Assembly: GCA_965214835.1 (NCBI GenBank)
Contig: CBDCCK010000002.1
Location: forward strand, 2,752,001-2,816,000
Reading direction: 5' to 3'
DNA length: 64,000 nucleotides
Source of the DNA: Nitrosopumilaceae archaeon
GTDB lineage: Archaea > Thermoproteota > Nitrososphaeria > Nitrososphaerales > Nitrosopumilaceae
This document shows positions 32,536-43,888 of this stretch, piece by piece; positions within the stretch are counted from its first letter, which is position 1, and each line of letters starts with the position of its first letter. The notes beneath the pieces are model-generated. The model searched no databases and was not told where the DNA came from. It saw only the letters and a list, made by a program, of their open reading frames with translations. Made by a program: the position numbers and the translations under genes.

Positions 32536-33476
32536 ACAGGAAACCTTCCGCACATCCTGCAAAACCTGGACCCCGCCTCGACTGCATGCCTGCAGTCCGG
32601 ACAGGCGTCCTCGGATCCAGAGTCCGGACTGGGGTGGAACCTCCTAAACGCCTGGTAGTAGTGAAGCGACTCCTTGGTCCTTATGTTCACACCGTCTGCC
32701 TCCAGAATCTCCACCCTTCTCTGCACGAATGCCTCGTCTGAGATCAGGGTCTCAAACAGGCCGGTCAGTCCCGCGGTTCCAGAGCCGTCCTGCATCGGAG
32801 CCTTTTGCCTCCAGACGACTTGATCCGGGATCCTGCCCTCTAGCGCCCTTCTGATGATCATCTTTCCGAACCTGCGCCCCCCGTGCGAGCCGACCTTGTA
32901 CTCTGGCGGCAGGCTCCCGGCAAACTCGACCATCTCCTCGTCCAAAAACGGGGCCTGCACTGCAACCCCAAGCGACCTGCCTATCTTCTTTGAGGGAAAG
33001 TGCATGATGCCAGCAATTCTTTGCAGGTCCCTTTCCAGCTCCGCGGCGGGCTTTTTCAGCAGAAAGCTGTATCCTGCAAACAGCTCGTCTGCGCCATCCC
33101 CTGTTATGATGGAGGCCTTGCCGTCCTCCTTTGCAGCCCTGATTGCAAGGTACATCACAAGCGAGTTTCTGATCTCAATGTCGTTAAAGTTCCCCAGAAT
33201 TTTTACCGTCTCGTCGGCTGCGGACACGACCTCCTCGGTTCCCGCCCTTTTCATGTACAGCGGCAGATCCAGCCGGGATGAGATCACCTGGCAGTATGTC
33301 AGATCGGATGAGGCAAAGTCCCTTGCGATTACTGCGTATGCGTCCGGCCTCCTATCTCGCATACAGTATGCAATTGCGCTGCTGTCAAGGCCACCCGAGA
33401 GCGCAATGCTTCCTGACGGGCACCTTGACGAGGAGTCCTCCAGAATCTCTAGGAACCTTTCCCGGTACTGGCCCAT
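32532..33476 (-). CDS. Asparagine synthase C-terminal domain protein with Zn ribbon
   Basis: LSGGLDSS, TGDGADELFAGY, CPDC...CRMCG. Confidence 0.88.
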   Translation of the reverse strand: MGQYRERFLEILEDSSSRCPSGSIALSGGLDSSAIAYCMRDRRPDAYAVIARDFASSDLTYCQVISSRLDLPLYMKRAGTEEVVSAADETVKILGNFNDIEIRNSLVMYLAIRAAKEDGKASIITGDGADELFAGYSFLLKKPAAELERDLQRIAGIMHFPSKKIGRSLGVAVQAPFLDEEMVEFAGSLPPEYKVGSHGGRRFGKMIIRRALEGRIPDQVVWRQKAPMQDGSGTAGLTGLFETLISDEAFVQRRVEILEADGVNIRTKESLHYYQAFRRFHPSPDSGSEDACPDCRHAVEAGSRFCRMCGRFPV

Positions 33477-33524
33477 CGGTCTTGTTTTCAGGCGCGACTA
33501 TAATAGGTTGGCCTGGCCTCAACG

Positions 33525-33616
33525 GCAAGAGTTTGCCCCTCCAGAGGATATGGCGTGGAAGGCATGTCGTGGAGGGCCTTGGCAGGTGGGGGTCGCCTGA
33601 GGGGCAGACTCCAGAG
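33525..33616. mobile_element. MITE family C, degenerate copy
   Basis: GAGTTTGCCCCTC...GAGGGGCAGACTC ends. Confidence 0.55.
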
Positions 33617-33777
33617 CTGTCCCTTTTTGCACTCTTGCAGGCGGGTACTGCCGTTGCAAGCATCATCCGTATGTGGACACCTTTTGACGTTAAATGGGGG
33701 CCATAGTGATGGTTAAAGGCTTGAGCACGCATGGGCGCAAACTGCGCAAAAGGACACCTTTTGGTGATCAAAGACCT

Positions 33778-34938
33778 TCAGCCGCCGTTATGGTTGGTAT
33801 CATGGATGCGCGAAAGCACGTACGGCCGCTCGTTTGGCTCTAGCGACAGCATGACCCTTTCCGTCTCAAAAACAAACTCGCCCAGATACGTGCCGTCCGA
33901 GTAGACTGCAAACGGCGCGCCCTTCCAGTCCGCGGGCTGGTCAAACAACACGGTCAACGGCTGGTCAAAGACTGCGTCGTCCAGCCCGTCTGAGACGGTA
34001 ATCTTGATGCGCTCAATTCGCGGCGGCGGGTGGTCTGTTGCCACCTCGACGGTCACCTGTGCGTCTGCCCTCTCCCTTGCATACAGCGTTATCTCGTTCA
34101 TGGGAGACACCCAAAAGTCGCGGACTGCAATGGATTCCACGTCCTTTCGGAACTCGTCCATGTCGTACCACCCGTACCCCTCAGGCAGTCCTATGTTGTG
34201 GTATGTCAGTATGATCCACGAGGTCCGCTCCAGCGCCTCGTCGAGGACCGGCTCCAGCTCGCCGTTGTCGTTTATGCATGACTCGCACGGCCCATGGTCC
34301 TCCGACTCGAAATGTATGCTCTGCATGGGCAGTGACTGCAGGGCAAACCAGTTGTCCGGCTCCGTCCTGTCGTCTGCAATGTTGTGGAACCTGTCCGGAT
34401 TGGTCGTCAGCAGCCTGCCGCTGAGAAATCCCGCATCCTCCAGGGCCTGCTGCGTCTCCCCCTCAGATCCGGCGTTTCGCGGGTAGGCGTAGGCGACCGG
34501 CTTTAACCCCATCCATACCATGGCATCAAAGCAGGCCTGAAACGACTCTAGCGCCTCCCCGTATGACATTTTGTCGTGGTCGACGTGGTTGTGGCCGTGC
34601 CCGAAATAGCCGGCGCCGCCGGGAATCAGATCCGTCAGCAGGTAGATCAGATCGGCATCATGCGGATTGCTGTATTCTGGAACACCGTGATAGCTGCTTC
34701 CGGTCACCATCTCGTATCCAATAGCCACGCCGTGCTCATCGGCGTGGCTGACTGCCTCCGGGATGTCCGAGGGACGGCCGTCATACGTGATTGATGCCGC
34801 AGCGGTATGGTTGTCAAACCACTTTGCGACCCGTGCGCCCGACGGCAGGTCTCCTGCCTTAACCACGTGCCACTGCATCCTCTCAGCGGTGGCCTCCCCC
34901 ACGCACGCCGGGCTCCAGTCCCCACGGATTACAGGCAC
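33778..34938 (-). CDS. Polysaccharide deacetylase-like protein (N-terminus uncertain)
   Basis: SITYD, GHGHNH, YAYPR, ILTYH. Confidence 0.75.
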   Translation of the reverse strand: MPVIRGDWSPACVGEATAERMQWHVVKAGDLPSGARVAKWFDNHTAAASITYDGRPSDIPEAVSHADEHGVAIGYEMVTGSSYHGVPEYSNPHDADLIYLLTDLIPGGAGYFGHGHNHVDHDKMSYGEALESFQACFDAMVWMGLKPVAYAYPRNAGSEGETQQALEDAGFLSGRLLTTNPDRFHNIADDRTEPDNWFALQSLPMQSIHFESEDHGPCESCINDNGELEPVLDEALERTSWIILTYHNIGLPEGYGWYDMDEFRKDVESIAVRDFWVSPMNEITLYARERADAQVTVEVATDHPPPRIERIKITVSDGLDDAVFDQPLTVLFDQPADWKGAPFAVYSDGTYLGEFVFETERVMLSLEPNERPYVLSRIHDTNHNGG

Positions 34939-35115
34939 CAGACCGTCTGCGCACCGTACATCCCCGAGGGATGCCCCGGACTCTATCTGCTGCCTGAGGC
35001 TTTGGGGGGGGGATCAGCCCAGCCGTATGATGGCGCCATGATCAAGAGAATGCCGGCACAGGGGAGCAGGAGCAGCACATGCGACCGGGACGCGTGGCGG
35101 AGGGCCGCCTTGCCG

Positions 35116-36987
35116 TCAAACCGCCATGGTGGATTCGTCATACTCGCTTTCTGCACCCATTTCCTTGAGGGCCTCGTCGCCGATATCCCTCAGGCTGGAG
35201 CCGAACCTTTTCTCCAAGAGCTCAAGTGCCTTTTTGTTGTTGGTTGACTCGGCCTTGTCGCCCAGGATCTTTCTTATCACGTCGCCCTTGGATGTCAGGA
35301 TTTCTGCTATGTACTCGTCAAAGGTGTCGGTTCCTATGATATAGTGCGAAAAGACGCGGTTTTTCTGCCCTATGCGGTGCAGCCTGTCCTCTGCCTGCGC
35401 GTGCACTGCTGGGGACCAGTCAAGCTCTGCAAATATCACGTATGATGCCTCGGTGAGGTTTATTCCGACGTTGCCTGCGCGCAGGCCGCAGATCATGACC
35501 CGCTCATGCCTGTCCCTCTGGAACGAGTCTATGGCCTTTTGTCTTGCAAAGTCGGACTGGCCGCCGATTATCTGCAGTGGATGGTGCTGCCACAGTCCGT
35601 CTGCGAGGATCTTGTGCACCCTCCTGTGGTGGCAGAACACGACGAATTTTTCGTCCACATAGTCGTCCAAAAGCCCCTTGATGTATTCGATCACGTACGG
35701 AACCTTGGCAAGGCCTGCTATCTGCCGCTCCTCGACCCTCATCTCAAGCAGCAGGCTGTTGAACCTGGCCAGCTTGCGCTTTTTGTCTGCGCCCTCGGCG
35801 GCGGCCCCCAGGGCCATCCTTGCCTCTGCTATCTTGTCGTACAGCTCCCTTATCTTTTCCTCGTACATTTTCTTGTCAATCGGGATGGTCTGCTGGATCC
35901 TGTTCTTCTCGGGAAGGTCTGCCAGCACGTCTGCCTTCCTCCTCCTTATCATGAGGTTTCTCTGCAGGAACTTGGAAAGCTCGTCCTGCTTGAAGGTGAC
36001 TGTCCCGTATATCTCGTCCACATGGTAATAGTCCTCCTTGAACTGCTCCTTGTTGCCAAATATGCCAGGCCTTAGAATCTCGGCGATCTCGTACATCTCC
36101 TCCCCGTTGTTGTATACCGGGGTTCCAGACAGGCCTATTCTGTGGATCGTCGAGTCATGGTTTGCAAGATCCGTGCAGGCGTTAATCTTGTACGTGTTGG
36201 AGCGGCGCAGGTTTTGTATCTCGTCAAAGACTGCCGTTTTCGGGTTTGTTGATACGATGTCCTTTATGCGCTTGTGAACCAGCTCGTAGTTTATGAGGTA
36301 AAAGTCTGCATCCTCAAGATCCTTGCCCTTGCCGGACCGTATTATCTGCACGCGCGGTATGCGCCTGTCTTTGCCCGTGCCCAGCCTGAGAAACCTCTGT
36401 ATCTCCCTTTTCCAGTTCTCCAGCGTGACTAGGGGGGCAACGACGACTACGGGTATCGACTGCGGCTGCTGGGCCACAAATGCCAGGGTCTGAACGGTCT
36501 TGCCAAGCCCCATCTCGTCGGCCATGAGTGCGCTGCCGCCGGTCCTGAGCAAAAAGTCCAGCCCGTACTTTTGAAACGGCATGAGGACCCCCGTAAAGTG
36601 TTCCGGGTTGGGCGTGACGGGGACAAGGCTCGAGATGGTATCCTGTACGTATTTTTTCTCCTTCATCTCCATCAAAAGGCCGTACCACCTGTCCTTGCCC
36701 ACTATGTGCAACGGGTATTCGCCAAGGGCCATGTTCAGCATGCGTACATTCTCGCTTTTCGCGTCAAATGAGAACGGACGCGCCCTGTGCGACGGTATGA
36801 GGCGATCCAGCACCTCCACCACCTCGGGCTGCGCGGTTATGACGATGTTGTGGTGCTTGGCATCCCCGTACAATGCGTTTTTTTGCATGACCTCCATCAT
36901 GCCATACGACTTGGCCCTAGCCATGAATTCGGGAATGCGCCTGGACTTAAAAACTGTCTGTATGTAATTTTTTTTACAACCGTACAA
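35116..36987 (-). CDS. SNF2/HARP-like helicase
   Basis: ADEMGLGKT, FDEIQ, LSGTP, GINLT, QAEDRLHRIGQ. Confidence 0.92.
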   Translation of the reverse strand: MYGCKKNYIQTVFKSRRIPEFMARAKSYGMMEVMQKNALYGDAKHHNIVITAQPEVVEVLDRLIPSHRARPFSFDAKSENVRMLNMALGEYPLHIVGKDRWYGLLMEMKEKKYVQDTISSLVPVTPNPEHFTGVLMPFQKYGLDFLLRTGGSALMADEMGLGKTVQTLAFVAQQPQSIPVVVVAPLVTLENWKREIQRFLRLGTGKDRRIPRVQIIRSGKGKDLEDADFYLINYELVHKRIKDIVSTNPKTAVFDEIQNLRRSNTYKINACTDLANHDSTIHRIGLSGTPVYNNGEEMYEIAEILRPGIFGNKEQFKEDYYHVDEIYGTVTFKQDELSKFLQRNLMIRRRKADVLADLPEKNRIQQTIPIDKKMYEEKIRELYDKIAEARMALGAAAEGADKKRKLARFNSLLLEMRVEERQIAGLAKVPYVIEYIKGLLDDYVDEKFVVFCHHRRVHKILADGLWQHHPLQIIGGQSDFARQKAIDSFQRDRHERVMICGLRAGNVGINLTEASYVIFAELDWSPAVHAQAEDRLHRIGQKNRVFSHYIIGTDTFDEYIAEILTSKGDVIRKILGDKAESTNNKKALELLEKRFGSSLRDIGDEALKEMGAESEYDESTMAV

Positions 36988-37198
36988 GGTTACCTAGACT
37001 TTCATTTAGGCATCAATGGTGAGTATCCAAGACTGACAATCGATCGCAGGGGGACGGACAATTTTCGTCAATGGATCTAGACTAGATGTGATTATACACA
37101 GTGCCTATGTGAAGCAGTCGATCATGGTTTTGACACGCCGTGCCTGCCTGCACAAAAATGATCGGCCTTCGATCGCAGGCGCTACGCGCCCGTCCCAG

Positions 37199-38887
37199 TC
37201 ATGATTCCATCTGTTCTGCAAGCTGCGGGTATTTTGCCTCCAGATCCGAGACCAGCTCCCTGCTCTTTGTGACGTGGTTTGGTATGTTCTTCATGATCCT
37301 AATGTGCCTCTTTATGGCATCATAATCGTGTATGGTCATGGCAGACTTGACCAGCATGGGAAGCTGCTCTGCATACTTTTCATAATACTGGTTTGGGTAT
37401 TTGCGGGAGAACTCCCCACTGTATGCGTCAAGCAGATCCAGGTTGCAGCTCTCAAGTGCGGCCTTGACGGCATCATCGGCCTTTTTCTCATGCAATAGCA
37501 CATCTATGCAGGTATGGATATGCCCATAGCTCCTGAGATCAGCAAGAATCATCCCCAGCTGCGACTCCCAGTCGTCGGCGATGTCCTTTATCTTTTCATA
37601 GTACGTCCAGTTGGATGTCGCAATGAACATATCGCGTAGGGCGCCGACCTGGTTTGGATCCCCCTTTTGCTCCAGAATAAAGCTCCGTATCCGCGCAAAT
37701 TGCTCGGGATTTTTAAACATCTTGGAGGCCTTGTGTGCGATCCGCAGCGCCTCATCAGCGTCGCTTTCCATCAGATTCCAAATGTACTTTGTGCACAGGC
37801 TCTCGCTTTGCTCGTGATGATCAGAGAGAAAGTCCATCATGTCGTCACTGCCGCCCTCCATCCTCTCTAGCACCGATGAGGCCGCCTCTAGGATCTCGGT
37901 CTGATCCCGCTGCAGGCGGTCTGGTGCAACGACGGGTTTGCCGCCAAGAATCTGCGACTCAAAAAGTGACTTGCAGTACCGGGCGTCCTCGATGCCGTCT
38001 AGCATGTTTAAGAGCGCGCCAAGGTAGATTGGTGCAAAGTGGCCGACCTTTTCTTGCATGTGCCTCTCAAAGAAATACAGGATATGATCCCGCTTTTTGT
38101 CGTGATCTAGCTTGAGCCTGCGTATGAGCGTGACGGCATCCAACATGGAACGCCTGACCTGTCCCGTATAGTAGTGCTTCATGTTGTCTACCACGTCGAT
38201 ATTCTCCGAGATGTACTCGCACATGTGCCTGTACACCTCTATTGCCTTTTCGGGATGGCCACAGTCGTTGTAACTTGTCGCCATATTCTCGATTGAGTCA
38301 AACGAGACCCTGTTTTTGCTCGTGATGCGGCCGTTTTTGCCTTTTGCGCCCTCGTACAGGCGCTTCATATGCTGCCTGCACTTGCGTGAAGGCGGTGTCT
38401 TGTCATTTACTGCCGCAGGAGGCCTTTTGACGTCCCATCCCTTTGGCATTACGCCCCTTCCTGTGCCGATACCCTGTAATGCATTCCTTACGAACTCCAA
38501 GACAGCACTAGGATCATCATACGGCATGCCGTAATCCCGGGCGCTACTGCCGTGGCCTCCTCTCGGCGCATACTTGTAGTCAAGATCCACGTCGTTTATT
38601 ATGTCGACGTTTCCTGTGCGGTCATACACACTAAACAGTACGGCCACTATGTGCTTGCAAAATCCATCACGGTCATACGGGCACGTACAGTGTAAAATGG
38701 ACTTTTTGTAGTTCTTTACTATTGAGACCGAATATACCTTCGTGTCTGTCACCTTTGCTGTCACAACATCATCGTCTATGTGCAGCTGGCCCACGCGTCC
38801 CTCATGGAAATACCGGATCCCCTCCATGTGTGAACTGATGGTGGACATCTCTTCTATTATCTGCAGGTGGGGCTGGTCGTAGCTCAT
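37199..38887 (-). CDS. SWIM zinc-finger protein
   Basis: CTCPY...CKHIVAV followed by helical repeats. Confidence 0.85.
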   Translation of the reverse strand: MSYDQPHLQIIEEMSTISSHMEGIRYFHEGRVGQLHIDDDVVTAKVTDTKVYSVSIVKNYKKSILHCTCPYDRDGFCKHIVAVLFSVYDRTGNVDIINDVDLDYKYAPRGGHGSSARDYGMPYDDPSAVLEFVRNALQGIGTGRGVMPKGWDVKRPPAAVNDKTPPSRKCRQHMKRLYEGAKGKNGRITSKNRVSFDSIENMATSYNDCGHPEKAIEVYRHMCEYISENIDVVDNMKHYYTGQVRRSMLDAVTLIRRLKLDHDKKRDHILYFFERHMQEKVGHFAPIYLGALLNMLDGIEDARYCKSLFESQILGGKPVVAPDRLQRDQTEILEAASSVLERMEGGSDDMMDFLSDHHEQSESLCTKYIWNLMESDADEALRIAHKASKMFKNPEQFARIRSFILEQKGDPNQVGALRDMFIATSNWTYYEKIKDIADDWESQLGMILADLRSYGHIHTCIDVLLHEKKADDAVKAALESCNLDLLDAYSGEFSRKYPNQYYEKYAEQLPMLVKSAMTIHDYDAIKRHIRIMKNIPNHVTKSRELVSDLEAKYPQLAEQMES

Positions 38888-39184
38888 ACTCTGTCCTACA
38901 CACTTGGCCTACACAGACATATTTACAGGGTTTTGGGTTTTCTTAGTTTACCATACAGCTCGATTTTTTTGCCTAACTTGGCGAATATAGAAGGATCGCG
39001 ATCGATTTCAGATCAACTCCTTGCTCCGATCTCGCGGCGTACGGGGCGGCGTCCTTTCGATGTCCATTCGGCGCGCTTGTGGCATACGGATCAGTATTGC
39101 CATCGATGCCCAACTGGTAGTTAGGTGGGCGTGACCTAATACCTTTTTACGGTCTATCCGCGTGCCCATCTGGCGGGATATCTG

Positions 39185-40269
39185 AGAAGCGATTCTTAAT
39201 TAGCAGATTTTGACCCACTTGGGCACTAATCTATGCCTGACGGATCAAAATACCTGTAAAACCATGTACAAATCATGTGTTTGATCGATAGACTGACAAA
39301 AAACCCACGGACGTTCCGGATGTTTGCAGGAATGACCGAGGCAGAGTTTGACCAGCTGTGTACCGAGGTGCAAAAGAAATTTCCAGATACCGAGAAGAAG
39401 AGGCTCTCAAGGCCCGACCGTGTGCGGGATATAGGCGCAGGCAGGCCCTTTGCCCTAGATCTGAGGAACCGCGTACTGCTGGTCTTGTTCTACTACAGGA
39501 CGTACGTCTCCCAGGACGTGGCTGGCGCCATGTTCGGTATAGGACAGGCGTCGGTCTCGCGCTCCATAAGCCTGACTGAGCCCCTGCTAAAACAATGCCT
39601 GCCGATCCCCGAGAAGATTTACAAGGACTCCAAGAGGATCTCCTCAGTCGAGGAGCTGGCCGAGATCTTCCCGGGGATGGTGTGCCTGACTGACGCCTCC
39701 GAGCAGCCCACAAACAGGCCCAAGAGAAAGGACATGGAAAAGTCGCACTATTCGGGCAAGGCAGGCACGCACACGGCCAAGGTCCAGTATACGGTCAACA
39801 TACACGGTGCCATAGTGCACAAGACCCCGCACTCGCCGGGGCGCGTAAACGACGTCAAGATATACCAGATGAAGCACCCCACATTCTGGAGCGGTGAGGA
39901 GGACGGCGAGGAGCTGCGGCACTATATGGATCGCGGATACCAGGGTGCGCAGCACATCGATGCAGGGACGAAGGTTATACTTCCAATCAAGAAGAGTCCT
40001 GGCGGCAAGCTGACCGACGATGAAAAAGAGTACAACAGAACACACTCAAAGATACGGGTGTACGTGGAGAATGGCATACGCAGGGTCAAGACATTCAAGA
40101 TAATGAGCTACAAGTACAGAAACAGGCTCAGAAAGTACGATCTGGCCAACAGTATCGTGTGCGGGCTGGTCAACCTGAGGATACTGGAACGGATAGCTGC
40201 TGTGGCCTGAAAAACACGGCAGAAAACAACTGCAACCTGCCACTCGTAATTTAATTACGGATTGCTTCT
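39185..40269 (+). mobile_element. IS5-family (DDE_Tnp_4) element IS-B, intact transposase 39275-40210
   Basis: DASEQ, YSGK, MDRGYQG, RVYVEN; AGAAGC..TAATTA inverted ends; near-identical copy at 57579-58663. Confidence 0.92.
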
Positions 40270-40824
40270 CAGGGCTGCCATGCGGCGCGTGCCGTATGTG
40301 GGCCTCTGCTTGCCAATCCGCTCCACATACATGACCGTCTGCCCGTCCGGCGGCACATTCCTGGGCGTCTTGTTATAGTATAGCGCCGTCCGGGTTGCCC
40401 CGCTGTACTGTAACGCCCTGTGCGTGCTCCAGTCCCTGTCCTTCAGTTCGGTTGCGGCCGTCACCTTTTGCCTGCCTCCAAGGTTTTTTTTAATACCGCA
40501 TTGGCCACGGCGTACTCTCCGACTATCTTTTTGAGCGATTCGATCTCCTTTTGCTGTCGCTCCTCCGTTGACTTGTGGCCCCTGCCAGACAGTGAGGCGC
40601 GTCCGGCCTGCAAAAAGCGCTCCCTCCACTGGTAAAACGTCCTCGGGGAGAGGTTGTGGCGGCGGCACAGCTCTGCAGTCTCAATGTTGGTGTTAAGATG
40701 CCCCCATGACTATCCCTATCTTGTCCTGTGCACTCCATGTTTTCTTGGTCATATTTGTGATTCGACCTCCTGACTCAAAAAGTGTGCGAAAAAAAGCGTT
40801 CCTATTCTAGTGGGGTCCGCACCA
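40270..40824 (-). mobile_element. Truncated IS3-like element
   Basis: orfA AELCRRHNLSPRTFYQWRERF, orfB start RPTYGTRRMAA; cut by IS-B. Confidence 0.75.
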
Positions 40825-41200
40825 ATTGGAATATTCCTGGACTCTTATTATCTAGCGTTTTGAGTATTTTCTAATACAGAAGCCTAAAGAGACCAACAAC
40901 GGATTGCTTTTCGTAGATGCCAGTCAAAAGATTCCAGAGTCGGAAATCAAAGACATAGTTTGGAGACTGGTTAGAATAGGCAGTTTGTGGCAACAAGTTG
41001 AGCATGTTATTAAAGATCCGATTTTCACCAAATCACATTTGCGAAATTTGATTCAGCTTGCAGATATGATCGCATATGTAATTCACAAGCATTACAAAGG
41101 TGATCCTAAATTCGCAGATTGGTTTGAGATGTTAAAACCAAAGATGTATCAGCCTAATGGAAAATCGCATGGTTTTGGCATCAAAGAATTTCCTGACTGA
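40825..41200 (+). pseudogene. DUF3800 protein, C-terminal half (5' part lost to IS)
   Basis: DPIFTKSH..LIQLADMIAY..GFGIKEFP. Confidence 0.8.
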
Positions 41201-41483
41201 TATAAACAATAGCAGGAAGCAGGTCCACACAGATGCAGAGTACTACTTCCCTACAATCGCACCGATGCGATTCTTATCGCATTATGTCATCTCGCTATAT
41301 ATTTTCTTTTTGTATGTCAGCCTTCCCAGATGTAATCAGGCTCATGACGGTGCAGACTGCAACGTGCGGATCTGCAGGCAGTACGGCCCGGATTGTACCA
41401 AACATGGAGTCGTTTTACGGGGAGCTTTTGGGAAGACCGACAGTGCTACACAAATTTATTACAGAAGACGGATCAGTGGAGGC

Positions 41484-41765
41484 ATGAATGAAGACATGTT
41501 TGAGGCATTTATCAACCAGACTTTAGACGCAGTATTGGCAACCGTGCCAGTACAGCTGCAGGAGGTTGAGCAAAATGGCGTGGAGTGGAAGGTGGAAAAT
41601 CCAAAGGAATTTGTCTACGGCTTTGTTGTGGGAACGGCACTGTCAATGGGAGGCGCGTTGCTTAGTGCGCAATCAGAGGGCATGCCAACCCCAGAAGAAC
41701 AGATGAAGGTAAGAGATGCCGTTTATGACAGGATTCCGGATATCAGGGAAAGGATATTTGGATGA
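41484..41765 (+). CDS. Conserved hypothetical protein (93 aa)
   Basis: MNEDMFEAF..KEFVYGFVVG; GGAGG just upstream. Confidence 0.7.
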   Translation: MNEDMFEAFINQTLDAVLATVPVQLQEVEQNGVEWKVENPKEFVYGFVVGTALSMGGALLSAQSEGMPTPEEQMKVRDAVYDRIPDIRERIFG

Positions 41766-41871
41766 AGGGACTCAACGAAGGGCGAGTCAGGCCTCTCGAA
41801 TCCGCAAATGGGCTCCGGATCTGCCGCAAGTCACAGGGACATCGTGCATGCAGGGCCGGTCTGAAGCGGAG

Positions 41872-41979
41872 GTGCCTGAAACGCTAAAGATAATAGCAGA
41901 CGGGAAGTTCCTTATCATCTACGGGCAGAGCTATAGTTAGCGCGTGCCTGAAACGCTAAAGATAATAGCAGACGGGAAG
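41872..41979 (+). repeat. 36-bp direct repeat duplicating the parvulin upstream region
   Basis: GTGCCTGAAACGCTAAAGATAATAGCAGACGGGAAG at 41872-41907 and 41944-41979. Confidence 0.85.
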
Positions 41980-41989
41980 ACTGCCAGTC

Positions 41990-42265
41990 ATGAACAAGAT
42001 CAAGTGCTCGCACATTCTGGTAAAAAGGCAGGGCGAGGCCCTAGAAATACTGGAGAGGATCAAAGGCGGGGAAAAGTTTGGAAGGCTGGCAAGGGAGCTC
42101 TCGACTGACTCGGGCAGTGCAAAAAGGGACGGAAACCTAGGGTATTTTGCAAGGGGCAAGATGGTAAAACCGTTTGAGGAGGCAGCGTTCAGGCTGCAGG
42201 TCGGCCAGATTTCCGGGCCCGTAAGGTCAGAGTACGGCTATCACATAATCAAGAGGCTAGGCTAG
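41990..42265 (+). CDS. Parvulin-type peptidyl-prolyl isomerase
   Basis: CSHILVK, GNLGYF, MVKPFEEAAF, GYHII. Confidence 0.95.
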   Translation: MNKIKCSHILVKRQGEALEILERIKGGEKFGRLARELSTDSGSAKRDGNLGYFARGKMVKPFEEAAFRLQVGQISGPVRSEYGYHIIKRLG

Positions 42266-43755
42266 GTAAAATCATCGAGTCCTGTTTGCTCCTGGTTTTC
42301 CTCCAGCACCTTGGTCATCCTGGCCCCCATGCTCCTTGCAGACTCTATCTTCCGCTTCCCGATCCAATAATAGGTCTCATCAATGGTGTCCCTGGCAATC
42401 AAGACAATCAGCCTCCCGCTGTCCTTTCGTCCGGTTCTGCCCCTGCGCTGGACAAACCTGATGGAGCTTGGAACGTTGTCATAAAAAACCACCAGGTTGA
42501 CCTCTGAGACGTCAAGCCCCTCCTCGCCGACCCGGGTTGCAACCAGTACTTGGTATTGGCCGCTTCGGAACTTTTCGACGGCCTCAATCTGTGCCTTTTG
42601 TTTCAGGCCGGCCTCGCCTGCCTTTCCAATCAGGATTCCCGCACGTATCCCGTCCCGGATCAAATTCTTGTGGATTACGTCCACGGAGTCCCGATAGCTG
42701 GAAAACACAAGCGCCTTGCCCTCAAGATTCTGCAGTATTTGAAGAAGCTTGGGGATCTTAGAGTGCTCGATGCCCTTTTGCTGTGCAGAATGCGCCAGCT
42801 GAACCGCACGCGTAAAGTTCGGGTCTGTCTCAAAGAGCTCCCTTACGCCGGCCCCCTTCTTCTGCCTTGCCCGCTCGCAGAACTTCAAAAATGGGGTGAT
42901 GCCGTGGGCCTCCAGGATGCCAAGCGCATAATGAATCCGGATGGCGGTGAAAAGCGGTTTTGCAGAACGTCGGTTCTGTGCAAGCACGAACTGCCGGGTT
43001 CGAAGCAGTGCAGACAGTGATTTTTGCTTGGACAGGTCTATCCCGTTTTTTTTCAGTGTATCATATCTCTCGTCGAGTGCATTCTTTACCAGAGCCTGGA
43101 TTGTCCTGAGCTCGTCGGGCAGCCTGACGCTAACCCACCTGGTATCAGTCTCCTGGACATACGGCTTTACGTCGTCGCTTTCTTCGGTACGCTGCGCCAC
43201 GCTTGCGATTCTCAGGGTGGTCAGGATTTCTGTCGCCTTTTCCTTTTCACTGGGCAGTGTTGCAGTCATTCCCATCATCCTGGCATTAGAGCCTGCAAAG
43301 CGCCCTGCGATTCCCGAATAGGCATAGTCGCCTACGGTCCTGTGGGCCTCATCAAAGATCACCAAGGCAAACTGATCCGAGTCTACGATTCCGCGGTCTA
43401 GATCGTTTTTTGTGATTTCGGGGGTGGCGCAGACGATGCTGTTGGACCACAGCTTTTTTCGCTTGGATATATGATCCGTGCCGGTAACGACTCCGATATC
43501 ATCAAGCAGGACGTTTTCCTTGAGAAACTGATAGTGCTGGTTTACCAGGACGCGGGTCGGCGCAAGAAACAGAACCCCGCCGGCCCCCTTTTGCAGATAC
43601 TCGCATATTACCTGCAGTGCTATCGTGGTCTTTCCAAGGCCGGTGGGCAGGACCACGATACAGTTCTCAGAGACGGCCTGCCGGGCAAGGCTTACCTGGT
43701 AATCCCGCCTTTCAATGGAGTCCTTTTTCACGAACCTGTTCTCGAAATATTCCAA
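42262..43755 (-). CDS. Hef/FANCM-like DEAH helicase
   Basis: LPTGLGKT, FDEAH, MTAT, EEGLD, QRRGRTGR. Confidence 0.92.
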   Translation of the reverse strand: MEYFENRFVKKDSIERRDYQVSLARQAVSENCIVVLPTGLGKTTIALQVICEYLQKGAGGVLFLAPTRVLVNQHYQFLKENVLLDDIGVVTGTDHISKRKKLWSNSIVCATPEITKNDLDRGIVDSDQFALVIFDEAHRTVGDYAYSGIAGRFAGSNARMMGMTATLPSEKEKATEILTTLRIASVAQRTEESDDVKPYVQETDTRWVSVRLPDELRTIQALVKNALDERYDTLKKNGIDLSKQKSLSALLRTRQFVLAQNRRSAKPLFTAIRIHYALGILEAHGITPFLKFCERARQKKGAGVRELFETDPNFTRAVQLAHSAQQKGIEHSKIPKLLQILQNLEGKALVFSSYRDSVDVIHKNLIRDGIRAGILIGKAGEAGLKQKAQIEAVEKFRSGQYQVLVATRVGEEGLDVSEVNLVVFYDNVPSSIRFVQRRGRTGRKDSGRLIVLIARDTIDETYYWIGKRKIESARSMGARMTKVLEENQEQTGLDDFT

Positions 43756-43888
43756 TCAGCCTTCTAGTGGCATGGCTTTGATTTTATTCTTTTAGTGTAG
43801 CATAAAGGAAGCTATTGCTCAATTCTGCGTCAGCCTCGGATCCAAAGATCCGCTGAATATTAAATAAGGGGCGGTAAAAACCCCAACC

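Noticed and set aside
41872-41979. Repeat-spacer-repeat as a mini-CRISPR
   Set aside because: Only two units, no cas genes, and the repeat is the native upstream sequence of parvulin.
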